A stretch of DNA of 64,000 bases from an uncultured Nitrososphaerota archaeon (GCA_963824385.1 CAWGPD010000001.1:101615-165614), one strand, 5' to 3'; positions 40,577 to 51,326 are shown, numbered from the stretch's first letter. Translations and numbers: made by a program. The notes: a model not told the origin generated them from the letters alone.

Positions 40577-40674
40577 ATGTGATCCATGATGAGAGTATAT
40601 TTAGATTATATCAATAGACAAAACTTCAAAAACATAACAATAACGTAATAAGGATTTCAAATCATAAATTCATT

Positions 40675-41769
40675 GTGTCAGGCAGAGTCGTACTCCATAT
40701 TGATTTTGATTACTTTTATGCCCAGTGCGAAGAGATCCGCAAACCAGATTTGAAAACAAAACCTATTGTCGTATGTGTTTATTCAGATAGAGGTGGAGAC
40801 AGTGGAGCAATTGCTACTGCAAATTACTTGGCAAGAAAATACGGGGTAAAGTCTGGAATGCCAATAAAATTTGCAAAAAAGAAACTAGAAGAGATTCCAG
40901 AGGCAGTATTTCTACCAACAGATTTTGATTATTACACCGAAGTTTCAGATAGTGCAATGGGAATAATCAGAACATATGCCGATGTTTTTGAGTATGTTGG
41001 AAGAGATGAGGCATATCTTGATGTTACAAAGCGAGTGGAATCTGATTTTAAAAGAGCAGCACATCTTGCTCAACAGCTAAAGAACGCATTACGCAGTACT
41101 GTAAAACTATCAAGTACAATAGGAATATCTGCAAACAAGCTTGTCTCCAAGATTGCCTCTGATTATAAAAAACCAGATGGTCTAACTGTAGTCGAACCAG
41201 AAAAGGTCGAGTCATTTTTAGACCCATTACCAATAAGATCAATTCCAGGAATTGGAAAAAAATCGGAAGACCGGCTTGCAGAAATTGGTTTAGAAACAAT
41301 ATTACAACTTCGTAGTGCAGATGTCTTCACATTAAACGGACTATTTGGAAGAAAAGTCGGGACATACATCTACAATGCAGCACGTGGCATAGATGAAGAA
41401 CCAGTCTCTCCAAGACACGACCCAGTCCAGTATAGTAGAATTATAACACTAAAGCAAGATTCCAAAGAGTTTAATTTTTTGGTAAACAATTTAGAAAAAT
41501 TATGTGGCGATCTACATGAAGCAATTGTTAAAGATGGAATATTGTTCAAGTCAGTTGGCATCCAGTTTGTAAATTCTGATCTTTCAAGCAGAACAAAATC
41601 AAGGGCTCTAAAAAATCCAACATCTGGTCTTGACGAATTAAAAAAAGCATCAAGCCAATTACTAAAAGAATCACTAGAAGACCAAAAGCTTCCAATCAGA
41701 CGACTAGGAGTTAGAGTTTCAGATTTTTCACAAATTCATGGACAAGTAGACATTACACGATTTTTTTAA
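40675..41769 (+). CDS. dbh: Y-family DNA polymerase IV (Dbh/DinB)
   Basis: HIDFDYFYAQCE, ATANY, DEAYLD, KPDG, IPGIG; C-terminal PIP-like QVDITRFF. Confidence 0.95.
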   Translation: MSGRVVLHIDFDYFYAQCEEIRKPDLKTKPIVVCVYSDRGGDSGAIATANYLARKYGVKSGMPIKFAKKKLEEIPEAVFLPTDFDYYTEVSDSAMGIIRTYADVFEYVGRDEAYLDVTKRVESDFKRAAHLAQQLKNALRSTVKLSSTIGISANKLVSKIASDYKKPDGLTVVEPEKVESFLDPLPIRSIPGIGKKSEDRLAEIGLETILQLRSADVFTLNGLFGRKVGTYIYNAARGIDEEPVSPRHDPVQYSRIITLKQDSKEFNFLVNNLEKLCGDLHEAIVKDGILFKSVGIQFVNSDLSSRTKSRALKNPTSGLDELKKASSQLLKESLEDQKLPIRRLGVRVSDFSQIHGQVDITRFF

Positions 41770-42260
41770 ATTTGTACCCCTACTCGGGATGCCAGCCTCT
41801 TGTGTTCGTCATGAGATATCCATTCCACATGTAGATACTCAAATATCTCGGCATCTTTCATGCCTAGTCTTCTTGCCTCCTCAACTGCAATCTCATATGC
41901 TTCAATCTCAGTAGGTCTATCAACATAAGAGTAGGAACTATCATAGAGATCAAGTCCTGCCCTTTGCTGTTTCACATGGACTAGTTCATGAATTATATCT
42001 AGATAGAGAATTTTTTTCTCTGAATTTTTAAGATGGTCTCGTCCCACTACAATTGAGGCGTCTTCATTTTTAACATGCATATAATGGCTGCTCCCGTCTA
42101 CTATTACAGGAGTTTTTTCAAATACATCTTCTAGAACTTCATAAGATTTGAAGACCTTGAAGAGAATTTCAACTGTTTTTAGATTTACAAATATGTCTTC
42201 TAGATTATAGATTCCATCTTGTAGATCTCTATTTACTTGGATCCTGTTCATGTTTTGCAA
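41766..42260 (-). CDS. HEXXH zincin-like hypothetical protein
   Basis: IIHELVHVKQ...PTEIEAY. Confidence 0.65.
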   Translation of the reverse strand: MQNMNRIQVNRDLQDGIYNLEDIFVNLKTVEILFKVFKSYEVLEDVFEKTPVIVDGSSHYMHVKNEDASIVVGRDHLKNSEKKILYLDIIHELVHVKQQRAGLDLYDSSYSYVDRPTEIEAYEIAVEEARRLGMKDAEIFEYLHVEWISHDEHKRLASRVGVQI

Positions 42261-43173
42261 TCTCTAGTTTTTTGATACGTTTTGTTTCAACATACGTAAC
42301 TATAAGCAAGAAGATAAAGAGCCACGGCAGAAACATAATCTCTCCTGCAATTCCATGAAATGACTCAAACTCGTTTACATTTGTTGATACCTTGAGTACA
42401 AAGATGGATAATGAAAATATCCTAATTACGTTTACAGTAATTGTTCCTATCACACCCATGATAAAGTAGCCAATTTTCCTATTCCTTGGAATATTCATCT
42501 TTAACAAGAATGCCATCATCACAAGAGAATAGATGATCATACTATGGACACCAGCAGAGGGCCAAAACACCTGCAACGCAAATGGACCGTGATCTCCATT
42601 TAGAAACATGACATTGCCTTGTGAAGTGGCATGACCCACGTGGAATAAACCAATTAGAAGAACATCAAGTTTTACAAGATATGGTACAACATATTGCAAC
42701 GGACCTAGAGAATCATATGGAAAAAATGCATCAAGTGAAAGTATGATTGCAGTTCCTGCTGTATATATCGGTCCTGCAGGAGATATTCTAATCCATCTCT
42801 TGCCAAATAATATGGTCATACTTACCATAAAAAATGCCCCAAGTACAATAAAGTCCCACATCCAGGTCCAAGAATATATCACCTGTATGTGGAACTGAGG
42901 AGCAACAGAAACGAGGTAATCCTTCAATCCTACCTGTAAAGCTATAAGGTAAGCAATCACAGCCCCTGCAAGAGGTATCAATGTGAGCAATTTTTTCTTT
43001 GGAATATCTAATTTTAGACCGATCAATTCTGCTGCAATAAAGGCCATTGCAAAGAGAAATCCGCCCCTGCCCTGATTCCAGCCAAGACTAAACGTATCTG
43101 GAAATGCGGCTAGTGCAAATAATATCGGAGATGCAAGTATTGCCAGTGCAAAAATGACGCTTTTGTTTTGCAA
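42229..43173 (-). CDS. thaumarchaeosortase (exosortase/archaeosortase family)
   Basis: polytopic; WNQGRGG, VFWPSAGVHS, NVIRI, FHGIAGE. Confidence 0.85.
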   Translation of the reverse strand: MQNKSVIFALAILASPILFALAAFPDTFSLGWNQGRGGFLFAMAFIAAELIGLKLDIPKKKLLTLIPLAGAVIAYLIALQVGLKDYLVSVAPQFHIQVIYSWTWMWDFIVLGAFFMVSMTILFGKRWIRISPAGPIYTAGTAIILSLDAFFPYDSLGPLQYVVPYLVKLDVLLIGLFHVGHATSQGNVMFLNGDHGPFALQVFWPSAGVHSMIIYSLVMMAFLLKMNIPRNRKIGYFIMGVIGTITVNVIRIFSLSIFVLKVSTNVNEFESFHGIAGEIMFLPWLFIFLLIVTYVETKRIKKLEIAKHEQDPSK

Positions 43174-43213
43174 TATATCAAGTCCAAATTGTGTTAAATA
43201 AAAACTCTAGCAA

Positions 43214-44374
43214 CTAGAAAAAGTCTGAAATGGATTTCTGTTTTTTTGCCCGATACAACCTGCTGTGGGAGAGCCACTCATTTTTTCCTACGCTTAATCC
43301 TTTGCAAGCAGTGTCAAGTCCCTCTAGAAAATTTGGAACTAGAATAGGTTTTTGTTTTAATGCCATGCGTACTCCTTCTCTGACTTGCCAGACACCTACA
43401 GGTACTGCATATTCCGGCCTTATTTCACGCAATACCATCACACCTGCTTGCAATTTATGTTCATCAAGATATTCAGATACTGCAAGCCTTGATGCAAAGT
43501 GACCACCCGCAGTTTCAGGATAGTGTTTTAGCCCTGTGATATCTTCAAAATCACTGCCAAATCCTATATTTCCATGTTCGTCATACCATGCTTCTTGTCA
43601 CTCAAACATCCACCTGCTTGGAAACATTATGACATAAAAATAGTTACCAAGGTGATTATATGAAAATACTAGAGTTGTATCAAGGATATCATATTCAATT
43701 ATTTTTTCTACAAGTGCTTTTGATATAGTATCATCTGTTGCAGTAATGCTCCAGCGAGTTGGGACAAGTTTGCGGTTTTTTCCAAACATTCCAATGCTAA
43801 AGCACTTTTGAATTCTTGAGATCTCTATACCCTTGTTGAAAAGATCAACTATGGCATCAGTAGCCAAGAGATCCTTGTCATAATATGACTTTTGGATTTG
43901 TTTATCAGAAGACGAGTTTGAAAAAGTGGCAGATTTTATTTCTCCGATCGGTCCAAAGATAGGACTGTCACCATCAACAGATACGATAGGTGAGGCATTT
44001 TTTACAAGTTCCATCTGTGCGTCAGTTGATCTTTCTGACATGGACATTTCTTGCAGACTTTCAATGTATCTTTGCCCAACATCCCATACCTTTACTGGTT
44101 TTATTCCACGAACTAGACTTAACCTGTAATTTACTATATCTTCAAGACTTTTTCCAACCCATTTTTCTGGAGAATCAAGTATTGCAGTATCTCCATGAAT
44201 TGGGGGCAACATAGGACCCACCAAAACTTTGGGATACCCATATGCTCCTACAAATACAGATGGAGGAGTAGAACCGTCAACATGATTAGATGAGAAAAGA
44301 TTTCCGTAACGTGAAAGATATTCCTTCCAGTTTGATTCTATCGCCTTTCTAATATCTGCACCAGTGCGCTTCAT
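43214..44374 (-). CDS. nre: Nre DNA repair protein (in-frame TGA at 43598-43600)
   Basis: GSTPPSVFVG..GYPKV, RKLVPTRWSITATD, PVGVWQVRE, C-terminal PIP QKSISDFF. Confidence 0.9.
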
Positions 44375-44457
44375 GGAATTTCTAGTATGATCATGCCAAT
44401 AATATTATTCAAGTAATCTGTTTTGAGTTATATTCAGCTTGGTTCCAATTTTATAAC

Positions 44458-44841
44458 ATGGACTCGGAAACTTTTGGTGTAGAAAAAGGATACGGAGTGT
44501 TAGCTGTAGAATGGATGAATGAAGAGGCAAAAAAAGCAGGTCTAAAGTTTGAGGCAAGATTGTACAATCAAGAAATCACAACAAAGAATTTTGGCACATT
44601 TGAGATGTATTCGTTAATTGCAGATCCTAAAGCTGCAAGAGAATTAACAATGAAAGCAAGTAAACGATTTAAGATCAAGGTCATAGAAGGAGGATACAAG
44701 ACAAGAAAACTTTTGGTCAAAGTTGCCAAAAATGAATATGGATTAATAAAAAAAGTGGACAGGATAATAGGCCAAATAGAATTTGAGTCATCTAGGTTTT
44801 CACGTGGCGACTGGAAAGTAACAAAAGAAGAGAGAAGGTAA
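44458..44841 (+). CDS. hypothetical protein
   Basis: 127-aa ATG ORF. Confidence 0.65.
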   Translation: MDSETFGVEKGYGVLAVEWMNEEAKKAGLKFEARLYNQEITTKNFGTFEMYSLIADPKAARELTMKASKRFKIKVIEGGYKTRKLLVKVAKNEYGLIKKVDRIIGQIEFESSRFSRGDWKVTKEERR

Positions 44842-44886
44842 CACAATAGTTTTGTGACCAATATCACATATTATAACAAAAAGTCC

Positions 44887-45534
44887 TCAGGCATTTACAG
44901 TAAGATTACTTTTTCCATTTTCATAAATCAGATATGCATGATGACTTTCTTGCAATTCCTCGAGCCATTTCATCCATTGATTAGTTGCTTTTATTTCAGA
45001 TAGTTGATAGGTACACAATATAGAACCATTTAGTTTGTCAAACATACTATTATGGAATATTTTTTCGAATTTGACTTGAATAGCCATTGCAGTCTCTGTT
45101 TCCACATAAGGAAGTAGCCTTCCCACAATTCTGAAAGGAGTTTCGGGATTTGGAAGTATCCTTTGCATTAATGCTTGAACTGAATCTAAAAAATCTGCAG
45201 AGTCTTCCATAGGATTTCCAATACTGAGAATTTTTAGCAATCCTTTCTTTTTATAATGACTAAGATCAATGCCAAAAGACAGCATTTCTTTTTCAACTGG
45301 CTTTACGTCACCATGAACAAGATAAATCGATAATTCATTTCTATCAAGTCCCTCTTTTATGAATTCAAATTCTATTTTACGACCCATTGCTACATCATCA
45401 TATGCAACCATAAAGTGTTTTTTAGAATCAAACTTTCCAAAAGATAGAGGTGGATTCACATATGATGATAAGTGCTTTAATCTATATGCATTATGGACCA
45501 AATCCCAAGGATGCTTTTGCAAGCAATTGTGCAA
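44887..45534 (-). CDS. MEDS-like sensory domain protein (start uncertain)
   Basis: HFMVAYD..FIKEGL..ELSIY, RIVG, ILCTY, SH. Confidence 0.7.
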   Translation of the reverse strand: MHNCLQKHPWDLVHNAYRLKHLSSYVNPPLSFGKFDSKKHFMVAYDDVAMGRKIEFEFIKEGLDRNELSIYLVHGDVKPVEKEMLSFGIDLSHYKKKGLLKILSIGNPMEDSADFLDSVQALMQRILPNPETPFRIVGRLLPYVETETAMAIQVKFEKIFHNSMFDKLNGSILCTYQLSEIKATNQWMKWLEELQESHHAYLIYENGKSNLTVNA

Positions 45535-46067
45535 CTTTTATTGGTTCTGGCACAGAGCCCCGCAGAGTAACCAAGTCTAGAAATTTTTTTGCCTCTTCCA
45601 ATGGACAACCTTCGTGTCTCAAGTATAGTTTGTAACCAGTATGTAAAGTAATTTCTGTTCTCTTTCCAAGTTTATTATATTGTTCAAGTTTAGATTCATA
45701 AGAATTTGGAAAATGACGTCGTATTGCATCCTTCAATTCCCCCCGAATCTTCAAAAGTAACACCGATGACTGGAATTTTTGTTCTCTCCCAGATTTTTTT
45801 TATGTCTATAATATTATACATGGAAATTACAAGCCCTGAAATTATGATATAACTAATGTCGTCTCGATTTAATCTAGAATACATGCCAAGAATTGCATCA
45901 GTTGCATCATCTCCTTCTACAGTACATCTTCCAAACACAAATCCATCAATGATAAAATCTCTTCTAATAACTACGCCTGCAAGCCTTGAGAAATTATCCC
46001 CCTGCTTGAAACTCTCGGCAATTGCAAGCCCTCGTAGGCCTTTCTTTTCAAGATGCATGTGATTCAT
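45491..46067 (-). CDS. DUF99 (endonuclease V-like) protein (frameshift near 45735)
   Basis: LAIAESF, GDDAT, YNIID, PEPIKVA in two frames. Confidence 0.85.
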
Positions 46068-46253
46068 TATTTTTTAATCTTGAGAATCTCTTGTAAACAA
46101 GACCTATGACAACCATGCAAATTGCTGTTATAGCAGACCATGAAGCCAAGGCAGTAGTATCAAGTAGAGTCAACTTATGAGTCAGTATGATATAGATCTA
46201 TTTTAGTGAATTTAGAAGACAATGTACGTCAGGCATATTCAGAAAAGTTGAAT

Positions 46254-47171
46254 TTATTTTATTTTTCCACTGCCAACTATACGAATTGATGTAGACTCGG
46301 GTTTGAGTATAACACAAACGTCGCCTTTTTCATATGATGTGGGCTTTCCAAGGGAGAGTTTCATTGGATTTAGAGTTACAATCTTGACTGGTCTTATTTG
46401 CAAACCTATACTTGCAAGAAACATCTGGTTTTCAGCCAATTTATCTTTAAAGAACTTGCTTTGCATGTAATCAATTTCAATCTCTTTGGATGTTAGAACA
46501 GTATCTGGAAGACATAGTGTATCACCTCTTTGAATGTCATCAGGTGTTACACCCTTTGCTGCAATACCTACTCTTGCAGGAGAGACTGCGTCTGCCACAG
46601 TATCATCGTGCATTTGAATTGATTTTACCATTACATCTATACCTTTTGGAAAAAGTTTTAGTGTGTCATACTGTTTTATTTTTCCCTGTACAACCTTACC
46701 TAGAATTACTGTCCCTACACCCTTGACATCAAAACAATGATCAATTATGATTTTTGGTTTTCCATCTGTTAAGATAGGTGCTAGTTGATCAATTTCTTTT
46801 TTTAAATTTTCAGGTTCTACTATTTTATATTGTTCCACAACAGTACCTTTAATCATTGAGAGCAATGTGTTTCTGTCAACATCAAAGGTATGAGACAAGA
46901 TACCAAGTTTTTTTCCTAAAACATCTAGTGCAATTATTTGCTCTCCTGTAAATTTATCTAATTTTGATACATGTAGTATGACATACTCACCCATACTGAT
47001 TGCCTGAAAGAGTGGTTGGATCTTGTCTGGAAACGAAGTTGGTATAGTCCACGTACGCAGCGTATCAGCCTCTTTTCTATCATAAATCGTAATATCAGTT
47101 GAAGTTCCTTTCTTTCCAAAATCTTTGGCAAGTGATTCATCTCCAAGTAATGTAAAATTTATTGATTTCAT
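46254..47171 (-). CDS. SelB/EF-Tu-like protein with degenerate G domain
   Basis: GKKGTSTDI, IDHCFDVKGVGTV, VKSIQMHD, RIVGSG. Confidence 0.8.
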   Translation of the reverse strand: MKSINFTLLGDESLAKDFGKKGTSTDITIYDRKEADTLRTWTIPTSFPDKIQPLFQAISMGEYVILHVSKLDKFTGEQIIALDVLGKKLGILSHTFDVDRNTLLSMIKGTVVEQYKIVEPENLKKEIDQLAPILTDGKPKIIIDHCFDVKGVGTVILGKVVQGKIKQYDTLKLFPKGIDVMVKSIQMHDDTVADAVSPARVGIAAKGVTPDDIQRGDTLCLPDTVLTSKEIEIDYMQSKFFKDKLAENQMFLASIGLQIRPVKIVTLNPMKLSLGKPTSYEKGDVCVILKPESTSIRIVGSGKIK

Positions 47172-47286
47172 CGATTTGTGAAAACAAGCAAACCAGTAAA
47201 ATATCTTGTGGAAATTAACTCAGGGATCAATTAGAAGAAAGAATGTGAAAAACAAATAATGCTCTTGAATTCGTTTTTATCAGTTA

Positions 47287-47776
47287 TTATGAATGGGTTG
47301 CCCATCCACGTGTAATCAGTATTGTGGCAGTAGAAGAATCCACACATGCCGCAGAACCATCCTCTGCTTTCATAATCAGAGAAGTACCTGCTGTACATTG
47401 TACGTCCTTAGGGGCAACTCCTGCTTTTACCTGCTGCAATGGTGTTTGCATTTTCAGCTGTAGGTGTTACTGTTGGAGTCATCATAGGCATCGCTCCTGT
47501 TTGGTTCATACCATGATGATGCATCATTCCTGTGTAGTTGCCGCCCATACCGTGCATACCAGTATAGTTGCCATGCATACCAGTATAGTTGCCATGCATT
47601 CCAGTGTAATTACCGTGCATACCAGTATAGTTGCCATGACCATACATCATTCCAGTTTGATTCATGCCTGCCATGCCACTCATATTTGCATTCTGAGCAT
47701 ATGACATACCAACTGGTAAAACTAGTGCACTTGCCAAAAACATAATTAAAATCGACATTGTTGTAATCTTCAACAC
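47287..47776 (-). CDS. secreted His/Met-repeat protein with C-terminal thaumarchaeal PLQQ...C...CV...RGW domain (frameshift near 47455)
   Basis: signal peptide; (HGNYTGM)x4; alternative frame MQTPLQQVKAG..QC..DGSAACV..TRGW to TAA at 47287. Confidence 0.75.
47527..47640 (-). repeat. 21-bp tandem repeats encoding HGNYTGM
   Basis: plus strand CATACCAGTATAGTTGCCATG-like units, four plus one partial. Confidence 0.9.
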
Positions 47777-47852
47777 ACATACTTTTTCAGATGGCTATTT
47801 AAATTTAAAGAAGAAATTCTCAATGTTGCGACTGTGAATATTTTTACACCAT

Positions 47853-48167
47853 TTAGAGGCAGTCTACTTCATGCATGGTCACAAGACCATTTCCATCCAC
47901 TATTTTTTTTATTTCAGGAAGAATTGATTCTATTTTGGATTTATCGTCAACAATCTCCATTATCAGAGGCATGTTTACAGTGATTCCCTCAATGTGAAGA
48001 TCGGATGTGCCATGTTTTCCATATCCGCCAATCCCAGTCCAAACAGTGGCACCTGTTATCTTAGATTTTTTTAAAAGATCAAGAATTACAAGGTGTGCTC
48101 TTTTCCCGTCTACAGTATCATTCTTTTTTATCCGTATCATAAGACAGTACATTTTGACTCTGCTCAT
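47853..48167 (-). CDS. DUF190 PII-like protein
   Basis: GATVWTGIGGYG, MPLIMEIVD; adjacent to crcB. Confidence 0.9.
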   Translation of the reverse strand: MSRVKMYCLMIRIKKNDTVDGKRAHLVILDLLKKSKITGATVWTGIGGYGKHGTSDLHIEGITVNMPLIMEIVDDKSKIESILPEIKKIVDGNGLVTMHEVDCL

Positions 48168-48557
48168 CTAATGAAAGCCTCCTTGAAGAATTACTGTCAT
48201 CAAAGATTTTCCACCAAATATAGCACCTATTGACAGTCCTACATTAGCAATTATATTTACTGCCATAAATCCCAATTGCTTGTTATCAAAAAGATTAGTT
48301 GTTTCCAATGCAAAGGATGACATTGTTGTAAGAGAGCCGCAAAAGCCTATTGCTACTAGCATAGTATATTTTTGATCAAGGCTCCATTGTTGAGACATGA
48401 CTGCAAACAAGCCTAAAATGAAACTTCCAATAATATTTACAATCAATACATTTACTGATAGAGTTCCTAAAAGTAGTGGAGACGCTGTTATTTTATACCT
48501 AAGAAAAGTTCCTACTAGTCCACCCATTGCAATAAATATTATTACGATTGGCTTCAT
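48168..48557 (-). CDS. crcB: fluoride channel Fluc/CrcB
   Basis: GGLVGTFLRY, VNIIGSF, GFCGSLTTMSSF. Confidence 0.92.
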   Translation of the reverse strand: MKPIVIIFIAMGGLVGTFLRYKITASPLLLGTLSVNVLIVNIIGSFILGLFAVMSQQWSLDQKYTMLVAIGFCGSLTTMSSFALETTNLFDNKQLGFMAVNIIANVGLSIGAIFGGKSLMTVILQGGFH

Positions 48558-48573
48558 TTTTAATCAACTCATA

Positions 48574-49452
48574 TCATTTGCTCAATATAACTGCAAGAAT
48601 CAGATCTACTTTGTAATTCAATTCAAGTCGTGAATTTACGATTAGTTTCCAAGGTATAAAACTGGGTTTATTCGTATTCTGTAAAAGCCTGAATCCCATT
48701 TTATTTAGTTGTAGCCTTAATGATTTTGCGTCAAGTTTGACTTTGACAGAGTTCTTACCTCTTTCATAGTCATAAGGATCTGAGAGTATTACAAATCTTC
48801 CAGTTTGGCGATGTATTATTTTTAAAAATTGCAAAGGCTCAATTAATTCCAATACATTTAGTGCCACACTTAGATCAAACTTTTTATCTCCAAATGGATG
48901 AGATAAAGAATCTGCTAGAAAAAAATCAGAGTTTTTTATTTTACGTTTCTTTGCCTCAAGCAATGCAAAAAATGATTTATCTATTCCAAAAACTCGACTG
49001 TGATATTTTGCAAGAATCTCAGATATTGTGCCAATAGAGCATCCGTGTTCTACAACAGAGGCACATTTTGGAAGTGTCCTAATGATATTTTTCACTTTAG
49101 TTTCAAATGAAGTATGTTTGCTTTTTTCATATATGCCAACCCAGTTCTTTTCTAAATCGCTAGTATCTTCTCCAACGCGTTTTATCTCTTGCAGAGATTT
49201 TTTTGTCATAGATTTTATTTTTGGATTTTTTGCATGCAATAATAGATATCCTCCCAATTTTGTCCTAATTGAAAAATAGGAAGACAAGTCTTTTAGCAAA
49301 AATGGAATTGATGAAATTATAGGATATTTACTATCACAATATACACATGAAAGAATTCCCTCAACAACCTCACTTGTCTTTTCAAAGACTTCAAGTTCCA
49401 GATTGTGTCCACATTTGACACATCTCAGATGCAATAGGCTGGATTCGTGCAA
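48574..49452 (-). CDS. class I SAM methyltransferase with N-terminal Trm112-like Zn domain
   Basis: LRCVKC...LSCVYC..YPIISSIP; VVEHGCSIG. Confidence 0.75.
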   Translation of the reverse strand: MHESSLLHLRCVKCGHNLELEVFEKTSEVVEGILSCVYCDSKYPIISSIPFLLKDLSSYFSIRTKLGGYLLLHAKNPKIKSMTKKSLQEIKRVGEDTSDLEKNWVGIYEKSKHTSFETKVKNIIRTLPKCASVVEHGCSIGTISEILAKYHSRVFGIDKSFFALLEAKKRKIKNSDFFLADSLSHPFGDKKFDLSVALNVLELIEPLQFLKIIHRQTGRFVILSDPYDYERGKNSVKVKLDAKSLRLQLNKMGFRLLQNTNKPSFIPWKLIVNSRLELNYKVDLILAVILSK

Positions 49453-49533
49453 CAGAATCCAACTATCATCAAGAGATTAATGTCAAAGTTGTAATTTGTT
49501 AGACTAAAATATCAACAAACAATTGAGATATGC

Positions 49534-49911
49534 ATGATTACAGTAGATTGCAAGAGCGTCTTGTCTTTAAAGTCACCACTGGCCATCTACACATCTGACC
49601 AAGTAGGGGCAGTACCCGCATTAAAGATAAATGAGTTTATGCTCGCTCCCCTAAATGAAGAAGAGATAGATTCGTCCAGAGTCATAAAAGCAATCAAGAG
49701 TTTTCTTGAATCACTGTCTATTGAAAAACACTTTGCAGTCATACAGAAAAAAGATACGATTTCCATAATACCGCTAGATGATTACAAATTAGAGCCACAG
49801 CCAACACAGCCAACACAGCCAACAGACCAGTTTTTCACGTGTGTACATTGTGGTCATCTCACCCAATTTGAAACAGTTCACAGAAATCACATGAAGATAC
49901 ATTATCTGTAG
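49534..49911 (+). CDS. hypothetical protein with C-terminal C2H2 finger
   Basis: CVHCG...H.KIH; QPT x3 linker. Confidence 0.7.
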   Translation: MITVDCKSVLSLKSPLAIYTSDQVGAVPALKINEFMLAPLNEEEIDSSRVIKAIKSFLESLSIEKHFAVIQKKDTISIIPLDDYKLEPQPTQPTQPTDQFFTCVHCGHLTQFETVHRNHMKIHYL

Positions 49912-49935
49912 ACCGGTAAAAAATTTGGAATTTGT

Positions 49936-50220
49936 TTATTGAGATACGACTTCGTAAAAGGTTGGCTTGGGAAGACCATCCATGAAAGAATGTCCCTTTG
50001 ATTGTATTCTAAAGTGTTCCTGAGTTTTATGCATAGTTTCAAACTTTTCCTTTGTCTCAAATTCTACCAAGATGATATGCTTGCCATTATGTGTCTCAAG
50101 TAGCCTTCTTCTTACAAAGCCATCAAACTTTGATAGTTCAGCATTGGACTCTTTGATCCAATTCTTAAATTCATTCTCAGAGCCTTTCTTTATCTGAATT
50201 TCTGCTGTAACTACAAACAT
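49936..50220 (-). CDS. antibiotic biosynthesis monooxygenase (ABM) family protein
   Basis: IKKGSENEF...FDGFVRRRLL...EH ferredoxin-like pattern. Confidence 0.8.
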   Translation of the reverse strand: MFVVTAEIQIKKGSENEFKNWIKESNAELSKFDGFVRRRLLETHNGKHIILVEFETKEKFETMHKTQEHFRIQSKGHSFMDGLPKPTFYEVVSQ

Positions 50221-50358
50221 GATATCAGTCAGTATCGATTTACCATAAGAGTATTTCTAAGATTCTCACATCCGGTAAATGGTATTTACAAATACCTGAT
50301 GCTAACACAATACTTTACCTCAATAGTGCTAAATAACGGATGAATTCGATCAAAATGT

Positions 50359-50616
50359 ATGAATGATAAGCTTGTGGCATATGGCGCAATTGCTGCAGCC
50401 ATAATTGTCATGTCAACTATAGTGTTCCCATTTTGGAATTTAATTCCAACCATGGTTACAGAAAAAATGAAGGTAGTCTATGTAGAGGATGGTAAATGTA
50501 CCGCACAGACAGTTGACGGATACATAATTCGAAACATACCTTGCACTGCAAAGATTGGCGACAACATCACTGCATCATATGATGTCAAGGTAAAAGACAG
50601 AGAACGCAAAATATAA
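50359..50616 (+). CDS. small membrane-anchored hypothetical protein
   Basis: N-terminal TM helix, two Cys. Confidence 0.6.
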   Translation: MNDKLVAYGAIAAAIIVMSTIVFPFWNLIPTMVTEKMKVVYVEDGKCTAQTVDGYIIRNIPCTAKIGDNITASYDVKVKDRERKI

Positions 50617-50973
50617 TCAAAGAAGTTTTAGATCTTTTGTAACTTTATCTATCATCTCTTCTGGTGCAGGGCCTATAGAGATACAAGTGACTGTTCCAGG
50701 CTCTATCTGGGTGTGTCCGGCATCTGTCACTTCAGACCATGGTAGATCATGAGATATTGCATCTCGCTTTACTTTATCAAGTTCTGACAAGCTTGATACC
50801 TTGAGTACTACCTTTTGCTGGCCGTATCTCTCCCATTGATCATACCATTCTCTTTTTGATTTGCGTACATGTTCTGCACCTAGGACACATGCATGCCCTA
50901 CCTGTGCTGCAATCTTTCCAGCACCCATGCCAAGATCTTTTCTCACAACTATAACCTGTTTGATTATACCCAT
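50617..50973 (-). CDS. pth2: peptidyl-tRNA hydrolase Pth2
   Basis: KQVIVVRKDL.MG.GKIAAQ, DAGHTQ, IGPAP. Confidence 0.95.
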   Translation of the reverse strand: MGIIKQVIVVRKDLGMGAGKIAAQVGHACVLGAEHVRKSKREWYDQWERYGQQKVVLKVSSLSELDKVKRDAISHDLPWSEVTDAGHTQIEPGTVTCISIGPAPEEMIDKVTKDLKLL

Positions 50974-51098
50974 ACCAGATTGAAATAATATTAGGACATG
51001 TTAAACTTTTGAATTATTTTCTAGTAAGAAAAAACAACAAGAGATTGACTAATCCTTAATGTCATATCCATAAATAACGGGTTTATGATATAGTATAC

Positions 51099-51242
51099 AT
51101 GCCAGGTATGAAATGCGTATCATGCGGAATTGGATTCTTTTCTGCTACTGGATCAGACAAATGTTCCAAGTGTTCAGACAAGGGAGGCCATCATGAAGCC
51201 GCAGAAAGTCATGACTCTTGTGGTTGCGGTCATAGCCACTAA
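51099..51242 (+). CDS. 47-aa Cys/His-rich metal-binding microprotein (not in ORF track)
   Basis: MPGMKCVSCG...KCSKC...HHE..HDSCGCGHSH; T-rich tract downstream. Confidence 0.7.
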   Translation: MPGMKCVSCGIGFFSATGSDKCSKCSDKGGHHEAAESHDSCGCGHSH

Positions 51243-51326
51243 AACCCATTTTTTCATACAAACATACAATAAAAAATTTTCAAAATACACATTGAATTAA
51301 TAGTGAATACATTGATAAAAAATATC

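Noticed and set aside
42229-43173. Ser in place of the catalytic Cys of the sortase (WPSAG) as a novelty
   Set aside because: As far as I recall this is usual for the thaumarchaeosortase subfamily; not specific to this genome.
46049-46185. Small single-TM ORF on the minus strand upstream of DUF99
   Set aside because: Hydrophobic stretch is plausible but the start codon is unclear and there is no other support.
46254-47171. SelB indicating selenoprotein synthesis
   Set aside because: The G domain lacks a P-loop; this is the widespread archaeal SelB-like paralogue, and no other Sec machinery is visible.
48558-48640. Fluoride riboswitch upstream of crcB
   Set aside because: Only 16 nt of intergenic space and no recognisable riboswitch consensus.
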